This document shows, piece after piece, positions 49,292-60,796 of a stretch of DNA of 64,000 nucleotides (positions within the stretch are counted from its first letter, which is position 1; each line of letters starts with the position of its first letter). The position numbers and the translations under genes are program-made. This DNA is from Proteromonas lacertae (Eukaryota). The DNA is taken from positions 1 through 64,000 of the forward strand of contig NGBS01001180.1 in assembly GCA_002245135.1 (NCBI GenBank). The letters are read 5' to 3'. The notes under the pieces were generated by a model. It was not told where the DNA came from. It saw only the letters and a program-made list of their open reading frames with translations, and ran no database searches.

Positions 49292-50173
49292 TTGTTTTAT
49301 TTAATATTTATATGTATAGTTGTTAAATTTAAAGTAATAAAATATAAGAATAAAGTTGGATGCAACAAATATTCTAAAAGGGATATATCTAGTTATATTA
49401 TACATAGTCCACTGTATTTTAAAAGGATAAAGAATATTAATCTAACATCATTTGTCAAATTCATGATCATAACACCTATATGCTCTTCAAATAGTATAAG
49501 AAGAAGAATAATTAGACAAACATGGGTTAAAAATATTTTAAGATTAAATTGTAGAATTATGTTTGTCATGGGATTAAGTGATATAAAAGGAGAGGATAAA
49601 AGTAAAGAAAATGATATACTTCAATTCTCATTTATAGATAACTATTTTAATTTGACATTATCAACTATATTAAGCTACTTATGGACAAAAGATGTATATA
49701 AATATTTTGATTATCTCTTAAGAGTAGATAGTGATGTTTTCCCAAATTTGCAATTAATAAATCTCTATATATGTTTAAATAAGAAAAGAACAAATATAAT
49801 ATATGGTTATTATTATCCACCAATGAAATGCAAAAGAAATATAAGTGATAGCAATTATATTCCTTATTCACTATATTCACATTACATACTTCCTGAATTT
49901 GTTGCTGGTAATTTCTATATTTTTCCTAAATTATTAGACTGGTTAAATTTCATAAATACAATAGATATACACAGTAAAAACTTAATATACAGAGAAGATA
50001 TACAAATGGGATTGTATTTTTATAAATATAACATATCAATTATTAAACTCAATAAATATTATAATAGAAAAGATATATTTATAACTTGTAAAGATTATCA
50101 ACTTCATTTAGCTGTTCATGGTGTAACTGAATATAATATGATATTCATTGACAAGATTTGTAATAAAATTTGA
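49292..50173 (+). CDS. GT31 beta-1,3-galactosyltransferase-like protein
   Basis: RRRIIRQTW, FVMG, DILQFSFIDNYFNLTL, LRVDSDVF, REDIQMG; the start codon is uncertain. Confidence 0.85.
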   Translation: MFYLIFICIVVKFKVIKYKNKVGCNKYSKRDISSYIIHSPLYFKRIKNINLTSFVKFMIITPICSSNSIRRRIIRQTWVKNILRLNCRIMFVMGLSDIKGEDKSKENDILQFSFIDNYFNLTLSTILSYLWTKDVYKYFDYLLRVDSDVFPNLQLINLYICLNKKRTNIIYGYYYPPMKCKRNISDSNYIPYSLYSHYILPEFVAGNFYIFPKLLDWLNFINTIDIHSKNLIYREDIQMGLYFYKYNISIIKLNKYYNRKDIFITCKDYQLHLAVHGVTEYNMIFIDKICNKI

Positions 50174-51166
50174 AAATGTAATTAATATTTTATACTGAAA
50201 ATACGACACATAATACAAACATGCTGTCATATGACTGTCATTAACAATAAAAGTTGTATTATATGAATGTAGTTTGTTTATAAATTTCTGTATATTAGGA
50301 AATTTATTGATTAATAAAGGTACATTGTAAGTTCTTCTTATTAAGTTTATAGCATATGACCTATTTTCGTGTATTATTTTTCCTCCTAAATGTAAAGGTT
50401 CATGTTTTGTTGGTTTTTCATTTCTATCTGAGCAAGCGCAATAATCTGGCTTAATTGGAGTTTTGCTTGATGGAAATTTCGGTTTTTTTGTGGATATATT
50501 ATAATATACTTTTAATACAACGCTTATCCAAAAATCTACTGAAGTTTGAATTGTTGGAGGAGGATATCTCCATAGATCTCTTATCCATTTCATTTTCCCT
50601 GCCCACATATGTCCTCCATAATCATATTCTATATCTTCTTCATATGTTACAGGTAAATTAATTTTCCATACACTTTCAGCAATTATTTCATGTGAATTAT
50701 GATCTATTAATCTTCCCATTCTAACTGCTAAAGATCCAGAATCAACTACTCTAAGCATATTTTCAAAATACTTATCTCCCCATAAAACATCATCATCACA
50801 TATTATAAAATATGAATTCTTAGTATTATAAGATATTATTGGTATAAGAAACCTTCCATAAAAACCTGTCGGAATAGAGGATTGAATATATGATACATCA
50901 AAATTGTGCATTTTTATCCATTTGTTTAGAATTAATGAAACGTTAATAAAAGAACCACTTTGAAATACTATAATATGAATAAAATACCAACTAAAAATTG
51001 ATTGTCTTACAATTAGGTTTAATTGTTTTATTATGCTATTTCTCTTAAACACTGATAAAATGATATATACATTTCTTTCAACTTGTAACTGTGATCTACT
51101 AAACAATGTATATAATAAATTTATAATCATAATAGAAAATAAAAGAAGAAATAATATTCTCATCAT
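50108..51166 (-). CDS. GT-A fold glycosyltransferase, paralog 2 of 45742-46701
   Basis: High similarity to paralog 1 (GSLAVRMGRL, GGHMWAG, PSSKTPIKPDYCACSD); SED is changed to SVD. Confidence 0.78.
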   Translation of the reverse strand: MMRILFLLLFSIMIINLLYTLFSRSQLQVERNVYIILSVFKRNSIIKQLNLIVRQSIFSWYFIHIIVFQSGSFINVSLILNKWIKMHNFDVSYIQSSIPTGFYGRFLIPIISYNTKNSYFIICDDDVLWGDKYFENMLRVVDSGSLAVRMGRLIDHNSHEIIAESVWKINLPVTYEEDIEYDYGGHMWAGKMKWIRDLWRYPPPTIQTSVDFWISVVLKVYYNISTKKPKFPSSKTPIKPDYCACSDRNEKPTKHEPLHLGGKIIHENRSYAINLIRRTYNVPLLINKFPNIQKFINKLHSYNTTFIVNDSHMTACLYYVSYFQYKILITFSNFITNLVNEYHIIFSYTMNS

Positions 51167-51770
51167 TACTAAGGTAAATGAACTGCTGCTTTACACCCTT
51201 TTTTCTGTTAGTCTATATAATATTTATTTTCACAAAATCTATTAGTATATACTTATTTAAGAAAAAATGTCATAATGAGAAGTGTCAGTTACACAAAAAT
51301 TAAGAATTATGCATCATATTTAATTATAAGTTTCATTTACTTCAATTATAAATTTCTATTATTTCTAAAATTTAGATAAATAAAAATAACAAAATGAAGT
51401 AAAATTCTAAAAGACTATAAAACAGAATGAGGAATGTGCTTAGCAAGATGTGATACTGAAAAAGAAAAAGGATTAGTGTTTTGAAAAATATTGGAAAGAA
51501 AGATTAAATTATGGTAATGCAGTGAATTCTAAAATAGTTAATGTTGAGATGATATCCTGGAATAGTTTGATAGTTATAGATCTGCCATTTAAAAGTATGA
51601 CATTTTGATGATGTCCACTTAAATACATGCGAGGTTACTAAATGATTGATTTTTATAAAACGAAAAATTGGAAATCATTTTTAGTGTGGAAATTATTTCC
51701 TTGGTATAGCAATAATAATTATAATTAAAATATATAGTGGAAATATTGTATGTCATGAAAGAATAAACTA

Positions 51771-53525
51771 TTATCCACAATTAACAGAATTATTAATGTA
51801 ATGAAGATGAAATAATCTGTTATGTCTCCATAATGTTATGTCTTTTATTTTAAATATATGTTTATATTTATTCAGCACTTTATCTTTCATTAAATTTGTA
51901 AATTCGAAAGATAAGTGATTATTATCTACATACATTAATATATTAAATTCTAATAAACTGCATATCTTATTTGGGCATAAAATATCTGTAAAGGATAAAT
52001 ACTGTTCTTTTAAATATTGTTTAATTATAAGCAATTCATGATATATGCAATCTTGTGAATATAATTTAAACTTGTTATTATTAATAGTCTGTTTAATGCA
52101 GTTATGTGGATCAAATTTTAAAAATGGAACATCTTCTATAAAATATATTTCATTTGATATATTCTTCAATACTTTTATTGCTTGGACATATTTTATTTGC
52201 ATAATATTATGCTTATTACTTGATATACTATTTAAAAAATTTGACAAAAAAATAGATATTATTCTATATTTCTTTATGACTTTTAATGAAAATACGATTC
52301 TCTCATAAGTTAATCTATTAATGTCTATTACTTTTACCCATATAAATAATAAAGATGTTTTCTTTAATATTGACAATTTATAGAGTATTGGAGACCATAC
52401 TAGCAAATGCAAATCACCTATTAATAAAAACCATTCTCTATTAATAATATATGAAGAATCTGATTTTCTAATAGCATAACTTTCACATTCTTTTCTTATT
52501 ATTCCATAATTCGATGTAAAAAGAGGAGGTTTTGTAATTATTTTGTAGTTATATTTTGTGTAGCTAATTTTTAACAAATATAAGCCGAATAAAACAGAAA
52601 ATAATACAATACTATATTTGCGCTTATTAAAATGTCTTAATGGATGTTCAATAAGATAGAATGATATAATTGAGTATATAAATATAATAATTATATAAAT
52701 ACGAATGCTGTTTATTCTGTATATTACTAATATTATGTAATGCCATAAATATAGAGAATATGAAATTTCACCTGTAAATGAGAAAGGAAAAGATGCAATT
52801 ATATAATTTGCAGATAGTTTGTGATAATTAATATTTTGAATAAGAGGAATTAAAGAAATAAAAGGAAATAAAGGATAATAACTAGGATATATGTTGTTAT
52901 TGTTGTGAAATAGAAAGGCAAAAAGAAATAATATAAGCATACCTCCTATTGATAACTCATTAATATTATTATTTATACTCATATTCATCTGAGCAATAAA
53001 AACGCTAATTCCAAACAAAAACTCCCATAACCTTGCTTTAAAAATAAAATATGCTAAATGAATATACTTATTAGAAATTACAATGGAATATATTAAACCA
53101 ATAACTAACAATAAATATATCAAAAAATCTTTACTAAACAATAGTATTGGAAATATTACATAAAATTGCTCTTCTATCGATAATGACCAAAAATGTAGTA
53201 TAACTGATTGAGGTTGTGATTCATACATATAATCTATGTTTTTATTATAAAAACGAATATTAGATATTCCAAATATAGCATATCTAATATCAGTCTGTAT
53301 ATCAATTGGATTATATTGTTTTAATTTCTTAATATTTATTATTACATAAAATAAAACTATATAACTAATAGGTATAATCCTCTTTATTCTATTTGAAAAG
53401 AAATCTACTATTAACATTGTTTTTGATGAATTTTTGTCATTATAAACCATTTTCATTATATACCCTGATACATAAAAGAAAATATCAACACCAATTAAAC
53501 CATCAATATCTCTTCTAAATTTCAT
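51771..53525 (-). CDS. OafA-type acyltransferase plus SGNH, paralog 3, probably inactive
   Basis: FRRDIDGL fused directly to IGVDIFF (first TM helix deleted); LHFWSLSIEEQFY; GDS changed to GDL; YVDNNHLS. Confidence 0.82.
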   Translation of the reverse strand: MKFRRDIDGLIGVDIFFYVSGYIMKMVYNDKNSSKTMLIVDFFSNRIKRIIPISYIVLFYVIINIKKLKQYNPIDIQTDIRYAIFGISNIRFYNKNIDYMYESQPQSVILHFWSLSIEEQFYVIFPILLFSKDFLIYLLLVIGLIYSIVISNKYIHLAYFIFKARLWEFLFGISVFIAQMNMSINNNINELSIGGMLILFLFAFLFHNNNNIYPSYYPLFPFISLIPLIQNINYHKLSANYIIASFPFSFTGEISYSLYLWHYIILVIYRINSIRIYIIIIFIYSIISFYLIEHPLRHFNKRKYSIVLFSVLFGLYLLKISYTKYNYKIITKPPLFTSNYGIIRKECESYAIRKSDSSYIINREWFLLIGDLHLLVWSPILYKLSILKKTSLLFIWVKVIDINRLTYERIVFSLKVIKKYRIISIFLSNFLNSISSNKHNIMQIKYVQAIKVLKNISNEIYFIEDVPFLKFDPHNCIKQTINNNKFKLYSQDCIYHELLIIKQYLKEQYLSFTDILCPNKICSLLEFNILMYVDNNHLSFEFTNLMKDKVLNKYKHIFKIKDITLWRHNRLFHLHYINNSVNCG

Positions 53526-53652
53526 TAATTAATTATCAATATAGTAGAATTTTTATTAACATTCTTTCTTTTTACTTTGTGCTTCTTGTTTTATTCAACA
53601 TTCTTTAATTTTATAATCATTATTCCTATATTTCTATAGACATATATACATG

Positions 53653-53823
53653 TGTTGTGCGCCGTTTGTCATAGTTGGCCGTTTGTCTACCAGACACTTT
53701 TAATACAAACTAAATGTATATTCTTGCTTGTCTTGATGAAAAATTGTTACTTTTATACTTACTTTGTTATATGACCTTACCTCTGCAGTATATTTTTTTG
53801 ATAATATAAATAGTTTGAATATT
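53653..53823 (+). repeat. LTR-like dispersed repeat
   Basis: About 170 nt nearly identical to 60952-61121; begins TGTTG and contains TATAAATAG. Confidence 0.88.
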
Positions 53824-54520
53824 TGCGCCTTTTGTTCCATACTTCTAGAGATTCCTTTGCTAGGTTAAAGTCAGGATCCAAATGAGGTTTACTTGGAAAG
53901 AAATGAGCTTACCAATGTTCATTGTTAATGTAATCTCGATCAATGATTGCTAATAAGTTTTAGTTTTCCACATTGGCTTTAATAAGTTATTCCCGGAGTG
54001 TTGCATTACCTTGCTTTGTAATCATCGGTGATGACTTCCTTATAGTTTTGCGTGATGATTTCCTGGGGCTTATAGACTATGTTGGATCGTTTGGAAAATT
54101 ACAGCTAGATGAACTCTCAGTCTTAAGCAATCGTGTATAATTGATTTTACTTATGTAAAATTGATCCCAATAAAATAGAATGTACCTTAGAGTCAACGTC
54201 TCTTACCGCCTTTGGACTTTGAAACAGCACGTTCTTCCAAGGTACATTCTGCATCCATCAGATAAGCTTTTAAATCTCTTGCTATCCACTTTGCTTTTGC
54301 GAAGCCTACAATCCGGATCCATTGAAGATTCAAACGAATTGCTTTCAAGAAATCATCGTCAGGTTTATTGTTAAAGGGATCATCGACCTCATAGATCTCT
54401 TCATCACTCTCCTCAATAAGTTTCTTAGGCATTGTAAGTACTTTGGGTTATTTCAAAAGACAAAGTTGATGTACACCCTTCATTGAACGAATTCCTCATA
54501 ATAGTCATTCCAATCAACAT
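53824..54520 (-). mobile_element. Decayed retroelement-like internal sequence
   Basis: GC-richer than its flanks, with broken ORFs (54193-54432), adjoining the LTR-like repeat; no diagnostic RT or integrase motif seen. Confidence 0.4.
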
Positions 54521-54574
54521 TTTTTATATTATATTTTTAATTTATGTTATAATTAATACTATATATTATACAAT

Positions 54575-56190
54575 TGTTTAAACTAAAAGAATGAAATTGT
54601 ACTTTTTATTCTTTTATAATAGTAAATTGCTCATCTTGATTTAACAAACTCAACTTTCTTTATATTATTTTATTTATACTTACACAACTAAACGAGATAC
54701 AGTAAATTACCTTTTAAACTTATAATTATTGTCTTTGTTTGCTCATAAGAATTACATACATTCGCACATAGCTGATTTTATTTTGTATTTATTACAATTA
54801 TTATTTATTGGAATTTCACTAAATAATGAATTATTTAATGATTTCTATATAATAAATTTATCAAATATACCATATTGCTTGAAATTGATTTGAGCGTATT
54901 ATAAACCTCATAATTTGTTACAAATCTATTTTGATTAGTATGTAATGATTCACATAATCTTTTATGATCTTTACACAATTTTTGGGGTACAATTACATTT
55001 AGAAAAGGAAGTGATCTGTCAATATATCCAAACTATAATATAATAAATAAAAAAGTACTTCTGTTCTAAAATATTTGCCATAATTTATTCCATGATCCCC
55101 TAACATTATTAATATTGTATTCTTTAAAATTCTTTTGTTGTTTAAATATTTCAAATGATCAGAAAAATCTTTATCTACTCTTAAGAGAGATATTTGTTTA
55201 TCTTCATGTGGCTCCATGAAAGATATGTAAGATATGTATGGATTTGATTTATTATTATAATATGTTACTGATTCTGTTAGATAATCTAGATACAATTGAT
55301 GGTATTGTTTATTACCTAAACATCTTGGTTTACTACCATATAAAAATTTCCATTCAAATTCGCAACCTAATATAATATTATGATTAGATCCATTATATGA
55401 TGTATTGCCATACATGTTTGTATGATTATGACAATCTTGAAGTAAAGCAATCGAAATATATCCTTTCTCCTCGAAATCTTTAAATATAATTTTGTGTTTA
55501 TCTTTAATATCATTAGTTCCGTAGAATAAAGGTAAATAATTGTGGTGTGATCTAGGTCCAACTGAATGATATCTAAGCATTTCATAAATATTATTTTCTT
55601 TTCTTACATTCTTTAAAGTATTTATTGTTTGAGCCATTTGTTTCCTAAATACATATCTAGATGCTGCATCAAATAAATATAGTATTACGGAATAACTTTC
55701 TTCTCTTTTTATATTATTAGCAATAGGAATAAAGTGTAGAAAATAGAAATTAATTCTATTTGACTTTATTCTCCTATATTCAATCACTTCTGTCTCAAGG
55801 AATATATCATGATTTTTCTGTTTAATTATTATTTTATAAATATACTTGTATTTTTATTATTTTATCAATAAAGCCTTTAGGTTTGTTATAATTAATAAAA
55901 AATAAATATCCATTATCAGAAAAGTTTATAAAATTACCTTTTATACTGTAATTAACATTTAATGAAGAGCAACATGTTCCATACGTTTTATTTGGTATTT
56001 CTATAAGTGACTTTTTGTAACAAGGTAATTCACATAAATTCTTTTCACTAATGTATTTAGTATATCCCAACATACTTGTACAGAAACTATTCTTTTTAAA
56101 GAATGAAATTCTTTTATTATAAAATTGAAAATTCTTATATAATATTATCATAAATAATACTAAAGAAGAGGAAATAAATATTAAATTCAT
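54575..56190 (-). CDS. DUF229-like (alkaline phosphatase/sulfatase superfamily) type II membrane protein, intron-containing
   Basis: Signal-anchor exon 55834-56190; VILYLFDAASRYVFRKQMAQT, MEPHE, LGDHG; the 3' end is approximate. Confidence 0.75.
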
Positions 56191-56505
56191 TTATTGAATA
56201 ATATTTATCAAAATCTAATCTTATATTCAAACTGTTGAATTTACTTGAAAGGATCTTTTCGCATAACTTATTCTTCTTTCTTCTATATGATAGAAGAAAG
56301 ATGTAGAAGCTATTAAAGTTATATCTTTTAGGGGGAAATTATTGGTAGAAATACGTAAATTGGTGGTAATAATATTAGTGAAAAAGACATTATCATAGTA
56401 TAGCTATATTACATATATTAATATAAACAACCAAAATTTTGCAATACACAACAAATAACACTACTGATTTGTGAAATAAGACAAAACTTTAATTAAAGTG
56501 ATAAT

Positions 56506-57252
56506 ATGAAGATAATAGTAATATATATGATTTTTGTTTCATTTACATTATTCTTTGATTTTATACATTTTAGTAATACTAATTTATATAAAAATTGCGG
56601 AAATATTGCTCATGGATGCGGATTAATTGAGTCACATAAATACACTAACTGTCTAGAAGCATTTAAAAATTCCTACCTTAGAGGATTTAGATTAATTGAA
56701 ATAGATATATTTGTTACAAATAACAAGCATATTGTTGGAGGCCATGATTTATGTATGTATAAGAATTATACAAATTATAATAACAGCAATGTTTTCAACT
56801 TTAATTATATAATACACTCTAAAATCCTAAATAAATATCATCCTATTTATGATTATATGATTTATAGTCTATTATCTGAATATAAAGACATTATTATTGT
56901 GACAGATAAAATTACAAACTATATATTACTAAAGAAATATAGTATATTAATTGATAGATTATATGTTGAAGTACCATCTTATTACTACTTCTTTTTGTCC
57001 AGAAATAAAGGATTTAAAAATACTTTGTTAAGCATAAAAACATTGCATGATTTGGATAATTTTATTTCTTTCATATTAAAAAATATGACTATCTTTGGAA
57101 TAGTAATTCCGTCAAATATATTCTATTCATATCGCAATAAGTTATATTTACTATTTAAACAAAATATACATATATATGTTACTGGTATAAAGAATAAATC
57201 TATAATTGAAAATGCTCTTTGTAAATATGTGTCAGGTTTCTATATTGACTAA
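56506..57252 (+). CDS. Glycerophosphodiester phosphodiesterase (GDPD)-like protein with signal peptide
   Basis: IAHGCG, YTNCLEAF, GFRLIEID, GGHD, IVTDK. Confidence 0.85.
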   Translation: MKIIVIYMIFVSFTLFFDFIHFSNTNLYKNCGNIAHGCGLIESHKYTNCLEAFKNSYLRGFRLIEIDIFVTNNKHIVGGHDLCMYKNYTNYNNSNVFNFNYIIHSKILNKYHPIYDYMIYSLLSEYKDIIIVTDKITNYILLKKYSILIDRLYVEVPSYYYFFLSRNKGFKNTLLSIKTLHDLDNFISFILKNMTIFGIVIPSNIFYSYRNKLYLLFKQNIHIYVTGIKNKSIIENALCKYVSGFYID

Positions 57253-57264
57253 CATTTCACTGTA

Positions 57265-58320
57265 TTAGTAATAATTTTTATGATTATAATTATATCCAAC
57301 AAAATTTATATTCTCATTTTTACACTTACAAAAATATGAACCAAATAATGAAAATGTACTACCTCTAGTCAATAAAAGTGAGTCAGCATTTTTCATCATC
57401 ATAATATCTTCTAAGGATTGATTTAAGCACTTAGAGTTTCTACTATGGCATGGTAATGAATAGTCCGTGTAAATGTTATTAATTATCTCTGTTTTTATTA
57501 GCTTTTTAATTGAGTTAGAATCTGAAAGAAGTATAATTTTGTATATACTTTTTGAGGCTAATAATTGCATAACTGATCTTATAATTGTTATATTAAGATA
57601 GTTTTTCAATGGGTTATTATCAGCATCACCAACTCTTAAATGTACTGCCATGTATTTTTCATCCACTAATATATTGAACCTATATTTAAACCTGTCACGT
57701 ATAATATGATTGTATGTTGACGATGGTTTAAAATATACATTACAAATCTTTCTATTGATTTCTCTTATATTAATTACTATATCAGAATAAATCGTATCTA
57801 AAAATCCTTTATCTATTATTAATTTATTGTACTTTTTATATAGTAGAATTTGTTCAGTAGAATACCAATGTTTATTTGCTCCAATGATTTTATATTTAGA
57901 CTTTAGTGCCATAACACCATGTGAAAAATAAGTTACATTGGTGAAGTTAACTGCAAAAAACCCTATAGGTATATCAAAATATCCCCATAATTTTTTATAA
58001 GTTACTAAAGATAATATATATAAAATATACTGAATAATGATCTTCCTGATAATAATGAAACAAATATAGAACTAATTATTTGAAGCATTGAATTACCTAA
58101 TCCCTATAAATATATTAGATTACTTTACTCCTAAATGAACTTTATCGTAAAATGCTAAGCCTTTTTTGGATTTATAGTAAACTTGTGTTAAGTATGATTG
58201 ATATTTAACATAATATTTAATTTTGGAATTAGAGTATTTTGTAGTGGGTATAAAACTATTTAAAGCATAGAGTAATATTAGTAATAAATATGTTAAACAA
58301 AAGAAAAACTTATATATGTG
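57265..58320 (-). CDS. Fucosyltransferase-like (GT11/GT23/GT37 clan), intron-containing
   Basis: Upstream mini-exon GLGNSMLQIISS (~58030-58105) between short GT-AG introns; MAVHLRVGD, LLSDS, TRGSTFS; the start is approximate. Confidence 0.75.
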
Positions 58321-58336
58321 TTATTAAGCAATTATA

Positions 58337-58870
58337 TATAAATAGGACTATGGTACATAGTCACAGAGTTCTAACAAGTATGTATCGTGATCCTAAAGAA
58401 GTCTTTACATAGTTATCCTAAAGAAATCTCTCTTACAATACCTACTAACTTGAAACTAACTTGAAAGTCATCCTTAAGCAGTACATGCACTCTATGATCT
58501 TTCCCAATGAATGTTACGATGCTCTTGTCAAGATGATAACAGAGGAGGAGGCTCCGAAGGAGTAGGAGTACTTAATTACCTGTCAATATCAACTCAAGAT
58601 TATCGCCGAGAGAATAGATCTCTTCATTAATAGCACCTGTAAGCTCCAAGGAAGTAATCTTTTAAGACCAGCCTTAAGAAACATCCAACAACGCCTTGAA
58701 GATATACAACACTTAGTATATCGATAAAGTCAGAACTTCCCTAAGACAACTTAGTAAAGCTGCTAATCACCTGGCAGCTAAATTAAAGGTTTATGAGAAG
58801 ATGCTGTTATACGTCGTTTGTCAGAGTTGACCGTTTGTATACCAGAAGCTTTTAAAACTAACTAAATACA
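58337..58870 (+). mobile_element. Decayed retroelement-like fragment ending in a diverged LTR-like copy
   Basis: 58337-58380 resembles 43744-43786; 58812-58868 is a diverged copy of the 53653 repeat. Confidence 0.5.
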
Positions 58871-58999
58871 CAATTACACTTCTTTTAAGAATTATACCCC
58901 TTCTGATGTCATTTTTAATTTAAGATTTCATTTTCTTCAACTTTTCAGTTAGTTTTTTTATGATTCTATCAAGATAAGAAGATTTTTCAAAAAAGAAAA

Positions 59000-59660
59000 A
59001 TATAAGTACTATATAAATGGAACAGCAATAAATGGTTCAAAAAGTGAAGGAGTAGCTGATAAAATCACAACAACACCTAAAACTGGTTTAACAAATGTAA
59101 GTAATAAAACAGGCAAAACAACGAAAATGGCGAATAAGAAAATATCTAATTTATATTTAGGTGAATTTCTATTAGCTGATTATGTAGTAGATTTTGGTAA
59201 TGTAATTCGAATTGATTGCAAGACGAAGACATTTACAATAACTAACATAGGTAATTTACCAGTGAATTTCGGAATAGAAAGAAGAACTTTAAAAGAGTGT
59301 GGATATAGATTAACTCCAGATGAAGTGAAAAGATTTACCTTATGGAAGATATGATTTGGCAATTCCAATCAAAGCACAAGGAGTACCAACTTATTGTATA
59401 ATATAAAGATTATAATGTAATTCAAACGGAAGTAAGAAATGTAGGTGATAAATTGGCAGTGGAATTACCACCACCTGAAGAACCAGAACCAGTAGTAGAA
59501 GAAAGATCAGCTTTACATGATCCAAAGAAAGGAGGAAAAAGAAGTAAATCAATTGATAAGAAAGGAGATAAAAACTCATAGAAAGGTAAAAAAGAAAAAC
59601 CGCCACCACCTCCTCATCCACCATTTGGAGTTGGTTTATTATGTGATATAATCAATAATA
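59000..59660 (+). pseudogene. HYDIN: HYDIN-like (axonemal central pair) gene fragment
   Basis: LADYVVDFGNVI...KTFTITNIGNLPVNFGIERRTLKECGY...VKR resembles a HYDIN ASH-domain segment; truncated and frameshifted. Confidence 0.6.
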
Positions 59661-59683
59661 ATGGTGAAAGTGATATTGATACA

Positions 59684-60043
59684 ATGATTCAAGAAATCAA
59701 AGAAACAGTTCCATTGTTTAATACGTATGGAGATTGGAATTGTATAAAGGTTAAACAAGGAAGAAGAAAAGCTAGAAAAACAAGAAGAACTAGAAGACAT
59801 AGATTTACTAGTGATGGTAGATTAATTAGATCAGCAGGTTTATGTAGCTGGTTAAAAAAAGGAATAACAAAAGTTAAAGATTTTGTGACTTCTGACAAAT
59901 TTAAAAATGGTATTGAAAAAACAAAAGAGATTAATAGCACATTGAGAGAGAAGAAGTGTATAAGCAATATAGCAAGAAAAGCTCGTAATGTTGCTAATAC
60001 ATTAGGTTTTGATAAAGTTGCTGAGTTATTATTATTAATTTAA
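59684..60043 (+). pseudogene. Basic, amphipathic virus-like (core or membrane-active) protein fragment
   Basis: RRKARKTRRTRRHR followed by AGLCSWLKKGITKVKDFV amphipathic helix. Confidence 0.4.
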
Positions 60044-60268
60044 GTAAGAAAGTAAAATGGCTATCTGAGTTAAAATTTTGTCTTTATTCCATTTATATAT
60101 TGCATATTTTATATATCTTGATAGAGATGAAGGACCTCCTCTTCCTTTACTTGGAAATACGACATATAAATATATTTTATTTCTCTTTCTTTTATATAAA
60201 ATATATAGCATGAGAGATATAAACAGAAATTTAATTAAATTCCAACTTCTATTATAAATATCTTTCAT
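60035..60268 (-). pseudogene. 5' fragment of a type II membrane glycosyltransferase-like gene
   Basis: Signal anchor followed by GRGGP motif, then truncation. Confidence 0.4.
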
Positions 60269-60331
60269 TTATTAATACTAAAATGATTTAATGTTTTAAT
60301 TAGAAAATGGAAATCATGTAAATTATTCATA

Positions 60332-60796
60332 ATGGTAAATCCATTGTCGAAACAGAATTTCTATGATGATGAAGCAAATGTTGATGATTCTCAACAAAAT
60401 CATTCTTTTCAAAATGCAATAGAGGTAGTTAAAAAATATTCAAAGAATGTAAAATTTGTAATTCTCAAAACTACTAGTGAAAAAGCAGTAATTTACTTAA
60501 ACAATCAGCAATGCGATTTCATTTATTTAGATGGAAGACATGATTATAATAGTGTAAAGAATGATATAAAATATTACTATCCTTTAGTTAGACCATGTGG
60601 AGTATTAGCAGGACATGATTATCAAGATGAAAATGGAAATGAGTGGAAAATGGATAAATATGGCAATGTTAATAATAATAATAAAACAGTAAAAGCAGCA
60701 GTTGATGATTTTGCATCTGATAATAAATTAAATATAATTACAACAAATGAAAGGAATTACAAAATGTGGATGATTAGAAAACCTATATATATTTAA
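60332..60796 (+). pseudogene. Methyltransf_24-type SAM methyltransferase, C-terminal part
   Basis: DFIYLDGRHDYNSVKNDI...LVRPCGVLAGHDY; the N-terminal SAM-binding motif I is missing. Confidence 0.8.

Noticed and set aside
33965..60796. Bacterial contamination as the source of the glycan genes
   Set aside because: Several genes carry short spliceosomal introns and type II signal anchors, orientations are mixed, and eukaryotic transposon remnants are interleaved.
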